NCBI GenBank assembly: GCA_964573295.1
Contig: CAZNJE010000021.1
Coordinates: 3,570-67,569, forward strand
Reading direction: 5' to 3'
DNA: 64,000 bases
From: an uncultured bacterium
Lineage (GTDB): Bacteria > Eisenbacteria > RBG-16-71-46 > CAIMUX01 > WJJG01
Positions 8,634-15,985 of the stretch are shown here, in pieces (position 1 is the first letter of the stretch; every line of letters begins with the position of its first letter). The position numbers and the translations under genes are program-made. The notes under the pieces were generated by a model that searched no databases, was not told the DNA's origin, and saw only the letters and a program-made list of their open reading frames with translations.

Positions 8634-9152
8634 ATGAGAGGCTCCCAGGGGGTGGTGATCTGTCTGTTGGCCGCAGCCATGCTGCTCATTGCTGGCTCGG
8701 CTGAAGCACAAAGCAAGTCGCGGTTCGGCGTGGGCTATGCGGTCACGCACTATGACCCCACCTTCGACATCACATTCCACATGCCCAAGTTCGTGTTTCA
8801 GTCCGACGTGTTTACCGCCGGGGGCGGATTCCAGCTGCACTCGGGGGAGGATCTCACGAACTTCATCCTGGAATTCGATTTCGCGGCCAAGGCGATCAAG
8901 CACCGGTCGGGGAGCATCAACTTCGGCGGCCAGATGCACCTCATGACCGACGGCATCGTCAGCCAGAATGCCCAGGGCAAGATCGAGAAGGACGCCATCT
9001 TCGGCTTCGGAGGCTTCGCGGAAGGCATGGTCGAGGTGGCCCCGAATATGAGCGTGAGCGCGCGAATCTACCCATTCCAGATCGCGAGCGGAGGCGACGC
9101 CACCCGCTTCGCCCTGCTGAGCGCCGGCGCCACGATCTCCTACCTCTTCTAG
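8634..9152 (+). CDS. Small outer-membrane beta-barrel protein (OmpW/OmpX-like, 8-strand type)
   Basis: RBS GGAGG. Sec signal peptide (LLAAAMLLIAGSAEA-QS). Alternating amphipathic beta-strand pattern. C-terminal aromatic residue (…ISYLF) typical of OMP C-termini. Confidence 0.55.
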   Translation: MRGSQGVVICLLAAAMLLIAGSAEAQSKSRFGVGYAVTHYDPTFDITFHMPKFVFQSDVFTAGGGFQLHSGEDLTNFILEFDFAAKAIKHRSGSINFGGQMHLMTDGIVSQNAQGKIEKDAIFGFGGFAEGMVEVAPNMSVSARIYPFQIASGGDATRFALLSAGATISYLF

Positions 9153-9380
9153 GTCACCCTCTCCTGGGAGGGTCGCGGGGAGACCGGACGCCGGTCTCCC
9201 CCGCCATCGCAGCTTCTTGTGCGCACGCCGCCGTTGCCAGATCCACCGCTGCGTGGCGGCAAGGGTTGCCTTTCGAACTGACTCTCCCCCAACCACTTGG
9301 ACGTTTCGACTACCGAGAGGGCTCGCGGCGGGCGCGCTACCCAGAGGCTCTCGGCGAGCGCTGGAGGGGAAGGCCGAATT

Positions 9381-9428
9381 CTCGACCGAACCCTCGACCG
9401 AACCCTCGACCGGACCCTCAACCGGATC
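9381..9428. repeat. 12-nt tandem repeat (ctcgaccgaacc), about 3.5 copies, intergenic
   Basis: ctcgaccgaaccctcgaccgaaccctcgaccggaccctcaaccgg. Confidence 0.8.
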
Positions 9429-9545
9429 GTCTGCCTTGCAGGAAGCGCCCAACCCACCGTTGAAACCCACCGCCAAGAGCGCTATGATGGGACGGTTCTA
9501 TCTTGAAATCGACTTCATCCCCGTTTTTGGGGACAAGGGGGGGGC

Positions 9546-12275
9546 ATGTCAGACTGGAAAGCCCACTTGGAGGAGCTGCTGAATCCGGAAAACGCCTCGG
9601 CGTCCAGTCCGGACGCCGAGGCGCGCACAGCCGCCCAAGATATCCTCGATGAGGCCTCCGCTTCTAACGAAACGGAGGCCTTACTGCAAGAGCTCGATAC
9701 GAGGTATCCGCTCCGCAGCCAGCAGGGACATCTACAGCCCCTGCCGGCCTACCTGCGAAGTCACCTCATGATGCGGCTCGATCGCAGCGAGGAAGCATTG
9801 CTCACGTTGCTGCCGCTGTGCGAGAAGATCGAGCAGGAGGGGAAGTGGGCCGTGCTGAACGCGCTGGCCTCCGAGGCGCTGGCGTTGCAACCCCACATCG
9901 AACTAGCCCGCTACCTGGCCAAGGCGGCCGAGGAAGGCGGCGTTGGTGAGGTACCCGAGGAAACCCTCGAGCATGCGCTGGACCTGTTCCCCGACGAGCA
10001 TCGCCTCTGCTGGCTGGTGGCCGAGAAGCTCGAGGATGCGGGCGAGACCGAGAAGGCCCTGGGTCTCTTCACTGGCTGTCTCCCAGCCCTGATCGACGCC
10101 CGTGAGCGCGAGAAGGTCGAGGAGGTCTTCCTCCGTCTGGAAGATTGTGAGGACAGCGAGACCCTCCAGACGATGATGCACGCCTGCATGCGGCTCTTCG
10201 GGGTCAAGGAATACAAACTCGGCGACTCCTACCTGGAACCGCTACTTCCAAAGATCAAGTCCGTCGGTTTGGCCGGCGAGGCCTGGCGCATGCTGACCAA
10301 ACTGCTCCCGAAAGCGGCCCCGGAGAACAACCTGCGCAAGCACCTGCTCGCGGTCGCGCCCGATGCTTTCCCCGGCGTGGACGGCGTGGCCGATCTGCTC
10401 ACCCGTAGCGGCTTGCTTGATCCGTCGGTCAAAGTCGACCAGGCGCTCAAGAAGCTCAATCAGCTCTTGGAGTTCGCGCCCGGCTACTACGTGCTGCACA
10501 GCAGCTTTGGCCCCGGCCACATCCAGGTGCGCGAGGACGACGCCCTGATCATAGACTTTCCCGACAAGCCTGGGCATCGCATGTCGATGAAGATCGCGCG
10601 CAATGCTCTGCAGGTCATCCCGGCCGACGACTTGCGCGTCCTGTGGGCCAACGAACCGGAGAAGGTCAAGGCCATGGCGCGGTCGGACAAGACCGGTTTG
10701 GCCTATCTGGCCATCCGCGAGCTCGGGGGCAAGACCACCACCCAAGAGCTGCGCCGGCGCCTGACCCCCGACATCATCAGCACCTCGAGCTGGAGCACGT
10801 GGTGGAAGGACGCCCGCACGCTGATGGAGGAGGACGACCGCTTCGACTTCAGCGAGAGCTTCAAGCAAACCTACGGCATCCGCCTCCCGGGCGCCGACGA
10901 TCACGAATTCGAGCTGCCGCGGCTGGACCGGCGACGCGGCATCCGCGCCAACCTGAACCTGCTCCGCCGCTTTCTGGATCAACACCCGCAGCACACCGAG
11001 ACGGCCGTGCGCATGTACACGCCGGTCCTGATCCGTTGGATGCGCGAGGAGCGCACACATCCCGAGGCGGCTGTGGCTGTCTGCCTCACGCTGGATCGCT
11101 GGAAGCGTCTAGATGTCGCGGACCTCGACCGCAGCCTGAAGCGCCTCCTGGAATCCGGGGCGGAAGCCAGCTCCTTCGCCGACGAAGACAGTCAGCGCCT
11201 GCTGGCCACCCGCGCGATGGAACTCGAGGGCTATGAGCGCGACGCCATCTACTTCGCGATGGGATCGCGATACGGTTCCATCCGTGAGGTTGCACTGACC
11301 AAGCTTCGCGCGCAGCCCGAGGAAGGCAACCGGCTGCTGACCGAGCTGCTCGCCCGGCCCGAGGAGCGGCCGAATACGGCGCAGTCGATCATCCAGAACG
11401 TCATGGCCGACGAGTCCGAGCGCGAGCCATTCTTCCCATCGGTCTGGCGGGGGGCGCTCTCGCTCGCCCGTCTCGTCGAGCGCACCGGACGCGATTCGTT
11501 CCGCGAGCAGATCATGCGTCTGTTCAAGCCGAACAGCCAGCTCGCCGATGCGCTTCGCGATGCGCCGGTTCCCGACGACATCCCGTTCTTGCTCGAGGAT
11601 GCGCTGAAGCGCTGGCGCCAATCGGAGAACTACCTCTTCCCCATCCTCGATTTCTTCGAAAGTGCGGGGCTCGAAGAAACGGTGAGTGCCGTTCGTGACA
11701 GCCGCTCGCTGGCCACCAATCGCTTGCTCATGCAACAGCAGCATGAGGGACATGCGTTCGATGGCTATTACCTGACACGCGCCACCTACCACCGGCTGGA
11801 GGAAGAACGCAACCAGCTCGCCTTCGAGCTGAAGACCAGCGTGGCGCAGGCCATTCAGAAGGCACGCGAACACGGCGACCTCAGCGAGAACGCCGAGTAC
11901 GATGCGGCCAAGGAGAAGCAGGCAAACTACCACGCGCGGATCCATCAGATCGACGCCCAGCTGAGCCGCGCCAACCTCATCGAAACGGTCGATGTGCCCG
12001 ACGGGGTCGTCGGTCCCGGATCGTTGGTCGACCTGAAGGTCGTCTCGAGCGCCGGCCCCAACGGCATCAAGAGCCTACGCTATTGGCTCCTGGGCGAGGG
12101 CGACTCCGGCGACAGCGAAGAGGTGATCTCCTGCACGGCCCCAGCCGCAAAGAAGCTGCTGGGCCACCGTGTGGGCGATACGATCGAACTCGAGAGCGAT
12201 CAGGGGCCGTATCAGGTTGAGATCGTGGCCACTGAGAAACGCTTGCCGGAAGAGCACTCGGCGGGGAAGGCGTAG
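9546..12275 (+). CDS. Large (909 aa) protein with a C-terminal GreA/GreB transcript-cleavage-factor domain fused to a roughly 700-aa helical N-terminal region
   Basis: C-terminus has the canonical GreA N-terminal coiled-coil motif (AREHGDLSENAEYDAAKEKQANYHARIHQIDAQL) followed by the FKBP-like GreA C-domain (VVGPGSLVDLK...ISCTAPAAKKLLGHRVGDTIELES). The N-terminal 700 aa has no family I can name. A segment (YYVLHSSFGPGHIQVRED) faintly resembles CarD/TRCF RNAP-interaction motifs. Confidence 0.7.
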   Translation: MSDWKAHLEELLNPENASASSPDAEARTAAQDILDEASASNETEALLQELDTRYPLRSQQGHLQPLPAYLRSHLMMRLDRSEEALLTLLPLCEKIEQEGKWAVLNALASEALALQPHIELARYLAKAAEEGGVGEVPEETLEHALDLFPDEHRLCWLVAEKLEDAGETEKALGLFTGCLPALIDAREREKVEEVFLRLEDCEDSETLQTMMHACMRLFGVKEYKLGDSYLEPLLPKIKSVGLAGEAWRMLTKLLPKAAPENNLRKHLLAVAPDAFPGVDGVADLLTRSGLLDPSVKVDQALKKLNQLLEFAPGYYVLHSSFGPGHIQVREDDALIIDFPDKPGHRMSMKIARNALQVIPADDLRVLWANEPEKVKAMARSDKTGLAYLAIRELGGKTTTQELRRRLTPDIISTSSWSTWWKDARTLMEEDDRFDFSESFKQTYGIRLPGADDHEFELPRLDRRRGIRANLNLLRRFLDQHPQHTETAVRMYTPVLIRWMREERTHPEAAVAVCLTLDRWKRLDVADLDRSLKRLLESGAEASSFADEDSQRLLATRAMELEGYERDAIYFAMGSRYGSIREVALTKLRAQPEEGNRLLTELLARPEERPNTAQSIIQNVMADESEREPFFPSVWRGALSLARLVERTGRDSFREQIMRLFKPNSQLADALRDAPVPDDIPFLLEDALKRWRQSENYLFPILDFFESAGLEETVSAVRDSRSLATNRLLMQQQHEGHAFDGYYLTRATYHRLEEERNQLAFELKTSVAQAIQKAREHGDLSENAEYDAAKEKQANYHARIHQIDAQLSRANLIETVDVPDGVVGPGSLVDLKVVSSAGPNGIKSLRYWLLGEGDSGDSEEVISCTAPAAKKLLGHRVGDTIELESDQGPYQVEIVATEKRLPEEHSAGKA

Positions 12276-12397
12276 GACGCCCACGTAAACGCCCGCGCCC
12301 ACGCCCGCGTAAGCGCCTGCGCCTGCGCCTGCGCCCGCGCCCGCGTGAGCGCCGGCGTCCGCGCAGGCGTCCGTGCCGGTGAATCTGCAAGAAGGGA

Positions 12398-13126
12398 GTG
12401 ATGTTGGACCGTCGTCCAGGCGTACTCTTCGACTTCGACGGTACTCTGGTGGACACCTTCGGCGGTATCGTCGAGGGTGTTCAGCGTATGCGGGCCCGGT
12501 TGGAGGCCGGCCCGCTGCCGTTCGGGGAAGCCAAGCGCCACATCGGCTGGGGCATCAAGAACCTCGTCGGCCAGTGCCATCCCCGGTTGGACGCACTTCG
12601 TCCCGATGAGCTTCCCGCCGACGGCTCGCCGCTGCCGCTGGAGGAAGCACTGCTGCTGGAGACCGTCGAGCTGTTTCGTGCCGAGTACCAGCAATGCCAG
12701 ATGCACGAAACGCACGCCTATGAGGGCATCCCCGATCTGTGCGACGAGCTGGCCGGGAGCGGCGTGGCCCTGGCGGTGGTCAGCAACAAACCCGAGCGTT
12801 TCGTCCGGTACATCATGGCCGCGCTCGGCCTCGCCGACCCGTTTGCCTTGGTTCTGGGCGGCGACTCCCTCCCCACACTGAAGCCGCACCCGGCACCACT
12901 GCTCCACGTCATCGACACACTGACTATCGACCGCAAACGGTGCGCGATGGTGGGCGACAGCGATCTGGACATCCGGGCGGCGCTGGCCGCCCAGCTGCCT
13001 TCTATCGCCGTAGGCTGGGGGATCCAGCCACCCGAGCAATTGCGCCAAGTCCGCCCGACCCACCTGGTCGAGACCACCACCGCCTTGCGAGAGCGGCTAG
13101 GGAGCGTGCTGGATCCATCGAGTTAG
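12398..13126 (+). CDS. HAD-superfamily hydrolase, phosphoglycolate phosphatase-like (Gph family)
   Basis: HAD motif I (LFDFDGTLVDT), motif II (VVSNKPE), motif III/IV (K...MVGDSDLDIRAA). Confidence 0.75.
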   Translation: MMLDRRPGVLFDFDGTLVDTFGGIVEGVQRMRARLEAGPLPFGEAKRHIGWGIKNLVGQCHPRLDALRPDELPADGSPLPLEEALLLETVELFRAEYQQCQMHETHAYEGIPDLCDELAGSGVALAVVSNKPERFVRYIMAALGLADPFALVLGGDSLPTLKPHPAPLLHVIDTLTIDRKRCAMVGDSDLDIRAALAAQLPSIAVGWGIQPPEQLRQVRPTHLVETTTALRERLGSVLDPSS

Positions 13127-13256
13127 GGGCGTCCCCCGCAGCCGGACGGGACGGCTGAGCGCCCATACCTCAACTTGCTGATCTCAACTGGTCAACTGCT
13201 CGATCTCAACAGGTTGATCTCAACTTCTCGATCGCGCCTGGTTGACCTCAGTTGGT

Positions 13257-13475
13257 CTACCTCAACTGGTCGATCACCTCACCATCTTCCATGGGGAAAC
13301 GTCCCAGACTACGCTTGGAGAAAATGAGTTTCCCATCGGCGAGGACCTCAAAGACACCGCCCGAGCTGGGGATGAGTTGCGAATCGATGCCCAGTTCCTT
13401 CCGGATAGCGTCCGCCAAACTGACGGCGCGGGGTTCGTAGTTTCATTCCATGCAGTATTCGATCGAAACCTTCAT
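13257..13475 (-). CDS. SelW/Rdx-family selenoprotein (72 aa) with in-frame UGA = selenocysteine at codon 11 (CxxU redox motif)
   Basis: Minus-strand ATG at 13475 is preceded by AAGGAGGAG. Translation: MKVSIEYCME-U(TGA at 13443-13445)-NYEPRAVSLADAIRKELGIDSQLIPSSGGVFEVLADGKLIFSKRSLGRFPMEDGEVIDQLR. It matches SelW/Rdx hallmarks: YCxxU(G/N)Y at the N-terminus and GxFEVxxxGKLI(F/H)SK core. Compare mammalian SelW (VYCGAUGY...GFFEVMVAGKLIHSKK). A short hairpin lies about 17 nt after the UGA. The ORF track splits this into two unconvincing frames. Confidence 0.7.
13408..13430 (-). other. Candidate bacterial SECIS-like hairpin downstream of the selW UGA
   Basis: mRNA sequence ...GCGCCGUC AGUUU GGCGGACGC... 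forms a 5-bp stem (including one G-U pair) with apical loop AGUUU, starting about 17 nt 3' of the UGA. Folded by eye only. Confidence 0.3.
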
Positions 13476-13630
13476 CCACTCCTCCTTCGGTTCGTCTTGC
13501 TCTCTTGCTCTCTTGCTCTGACGCCGCATGATAACGCACCTGAAATCCATCTACCACTCCCGGCGCCTTTCGGGTCCGGCAATGCTCCGCTCTTCCCTTG
13601 GTCCCAGCGCCGGAGTAGGCTGGTGCCGTC

Positions 13631-14809
13631 ATGACGAACCCAATGCCACAACCTCAACAAAGTCGCGCTTTCGGACGTGTGCTCGTTCTCGGGGCAACCG
13701 GTATGATCGGAGCCCACATCGTGCGCGCCTGTCTCGAGCGCGGCTGGGCTACGCGCGCCCTCGTCCGCGCCACGAGCGACCGGCGCAACTTGGATGCTCT
13801 TCCGGTCCAGATTGCCGAGGGGGATCTGCGCGATCCCGCCTCGATCGCTCGCGCCCTGGAGAACTGCGATCTCTTGCTGCACGCTGCGGCCCCGTATCCG
13901 CGAAGGCATTTCGGCAAAGCCGCGCTGATCGCCTCGGCCCGCGAATCGATGCAGAACCTGCTCGCCACCTGGGCGGCTCATTGCCGCGTTCTGGGACGCG
14001 GGCGAATGGTCTACGTGAGTAGCGTGACGACCCTGAATCCGGTGCGCGACAGTGCGCCCTACTTCGAGCTCAAGCAGATGCTGGAAACGCTGGCGATGGA
14101 AGCCGCAGATCCAGGTAGGACCGGTGCAAGGGGCGGCACCGAGGTGGGCACCAAGGCCCGTGCCAAAGCCAGCTCCGAGGCCGGCTCGGAGGCCCGCTCC
14201 GAGGCCCGCTCCGAGGCCCGCTCCGAGCCCCGCTCCGAGGCCCGCTCCGAGCCCCGCTCCGAGGCCCGCTCGGAGGCCCGTGCCAAGGCCGGCTCCGAGG
14301 CCGGCAAAGACATCGTGGTCGTCAACCCCACATTCTGCATCGACGAGTTCGATACGAATCTGACGACCGCTCAACTCCTCCTGCCCCTCGCGCGGCGTCA
14401 GTTGCCGGCCTACCTGCCCGGCCGGCTCAACGCGGTGGCCACGCGCGACGTGGGCGTAGGCGTGGCGCTCGCCGCCGAGCACGGACATTCGGGATCACGC
14501 TATGTCTTGGGGGGCGAGAACCTCACCAGCGGTGCGCTCCTCGAGCGCTGCGCACGCGTGGCCGGGGTACCCGCACCCCGGCGAACGATGCCGATCCCGC
14601 TGGCCGAGGCTCTGAGCATGGTGACCGAGGTGGTTGCCTATGCAACGGGAACGCGGCCGCTCTTTCCCATGACCGGCATCCGCATGATCAAGCACGGGCA
14701 GGCGGTCGACATCCGCACCACACGCGAAGAGCTCGGCTACGAGCCGAGCTCCCTTGATGAGGCCATCGGCCGGGCCTACGACTGGTACCGGCGCGAGGGG
14801 TGCTTGTAG
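13631..14809 (+). CDS. NAD(P)-dependent epimerase/dehydratase (extended SDR) with an in-frame (SEAR)n low-complexity insertion
   Basis: Rossmann motif (LVLGATGMIGAHIVRA). SDR-e fold throughout. Residues about 175-225 are an approximately 50-aa insert (AKASSEAGSEARSEARSEARSEPRSEARSEPRSEARSEARAKAGSEAG) encoded by a 12-nt tandem repeat array at 14155-14305. Confidence 0.75.
   Translation: MTNPMPQPQQSRAFGRVLVLGATGMIGAHIVRACLERGWATRALVRATSDRRNLDALPVQIAEGDLRDPASIARALENCDLLLHAAAPYPRRHFGKAALIASARESMQNLLATWAAHCRVLGRGRMVYVSSVTTLNPVRDSAPYFELKQMLETLAMEAADPGRTGARGGTEVGTKARAKASSEAGSEARSEARSEARSEPRSEARSEPRSEARSEARAKAGSEAGKDIVVVNPTFCIDEFDTNLTTAQLLLPLARRQLPAYLPGRLNAVATRDVGVGVALAAEHGHSGSRYVLGGENLTSGALLERCARVAGVPAPRRTMPIPLAEALSMVTEVVAYATGTRPLFPMTGIRMIKHGQAVDIRTTREELGYEPSSLDEAIGRAYDWYRREGCL
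14155..14305. repeat. 12-nt tandem repeat (ggcccgctccga, about 10 copies) inside the epimerase CDS, in frame
   Basis: ggcccgctccgaggcccgctccgaggcccgctccgagccccgctccgaggcccgctccgagccccgctccgaggcccgctcggag. Confidence 0.85.
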
Positions 14810-14890
14810 CGCGTTCGGCGTGCACTGCCCGCCCGCCGTATGTGGCTGGTATGGCGGAGGCCGTGCCGTGAGTGCCTTCGGTCTCTGCTC

Positions 14891-15604
14891 CTAGGCAACC
14901 TCCTCACCTTCATCGCTTGCCTCTGCCGGATAGTAGTAATCCAAGCAAACCGGACACAGGCCATGACTGACCGGCGCGGGCGCCTTGGCTACCCAGGCGG
15001 GAATCCAATCCCAACGGTTCGCATCCCGAGGAACGCTGATGCGCCGGCAGTGGGCGCACTGGTGGATGAACCCGTCTTCGTCGGCGTAGCTCGGGGAATC
15101 GGGCGCATGCGAACGGCGCAGAAGGGGATCGTGCGGCGTCTCGACCACGAGCGAGTTGACGATCAGGACACCGCCCTGTTCGCCCAGCGGATAGGCCCGC
15201 TGATGGAATCGGCGAAACGTCTCCGCGCTCGAGCACTCGTACTCGTGTTCCCAGACCGAGCCGCCGCTCATGCACTGCCGCAGGGCGTCTTCATAGAACG
15301 CCCGCAAACAACCGGGAAGCACCTCCAGCCAGTTGCTTCCCAAACCCCACCGGCGCTCGATCAACCTGAGGGCGCCATTCTGCTGTGCGAAGCTCCGGTA
15401 GCCTTCGTTGTAGTAGGCCAGCGTCAGGTCCGAATCGAGCGCGTAAATCGAGCCCGAATGGGTGTCGAGCTCATCGAGATCGTACCCCGCCAGATGTGAC
15501 TCAAAGCCGTCTCGGCAATCGGCCATGCCGATCCCCTTTCGTGGAGTGCGAATGACCAGCTCGCGACAGCCAGCCGGTCCAAGCATGTCATCCCAGTTCC
15601 CCAA
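14891..15604 (-). CDS. Hypothetical protein with PAS-like core and C-terminal Cys cluster (CAHC...CPVC)
   Basis: PAS-like segment (SIYALDSDLTLAYYNEGYRSFAQQNG). C-terminal HQCAHCRR...HGLCPVCL resembles a zinc ribbon. True start may be the internal Met (MADCRDG). No confident family. Confidence 0.4.
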   Translation of the reverse strand: MGNWDDMLGPAGCRELVIRTPRKGIGMADCRDGFESHLAGYDLDELDTHSGSIYALDSDLTLAYYNEGYRSFAQQNGALRLIERRWGLGSNWLEVLPGCLRAFYEDALRQCMSGGSVWEHEYECSSAETFRRFHQRAYPLGEQGGVLIVNSLVVETPHDPLLRRSHAPDSPSYADEDGFIHQCAHCRRISVPRDANRWDWIPAWVAKAPAPVSHGLCPVCLDYYYPAEASDEGEEVA

Positions 15605-15719
15605 ATCGGCATCGCGGCAGGACGGCTTGAAATCGCCCGCAGCGGTGCGGGGAGGATGGTGGATTTCACCCAGTCCGAAGCGCTGCCGAACAGGTCAATC
15701 CAGCCGCGCAGTCCAAAGC

Positions 15720-15790
15720 TGCACAATGAGCCAACCTGGCGAGATGGGGCTGCCCAGTAGGATGGGGCTGCCCAGTAGGATGGGACTGTC
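15720..15790. repeat. 18-nt tandem repeat (gatggggctgcccagtag, about 3 copies) downstream of the C25 peptidase gene
   Basis: ggatggggctgcccagtaggatggggctgcccagtaggatgggactgtccgatgcgatgg. Confidence 0.7.
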
Positions 15791-15985
15791 CGATGCGATG
15801 GCACCATCCGGCGAAATCGCCCCAGCCTGCAAAACGGGCCAGGCGCGTGAACGCCCGGCCCGTCGGGTTGTCGATGTTGTGCGATCACAGGACCCGTCCG
15901 CTCTCGATCGGTCCTGCTCTCCTGCCCGGGTCAGCCCCGCGCAGCTACCAGCCGCCGGTCTAGCCCGTTGGTCTAGCCGACGATA

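Noticed and set aside
13242-13634. ORF-track entries 13242..13634 (+, 130 aa) and 13348..13632 (-, 94 aa) overlapping the selW locus
   Set aside because: Neither frame has family similarity, an RBS or sensible composition. The conserved SelW/Rdx signal lies in a third frame interrupted by a single TGA, which explains why the track fragmented it.
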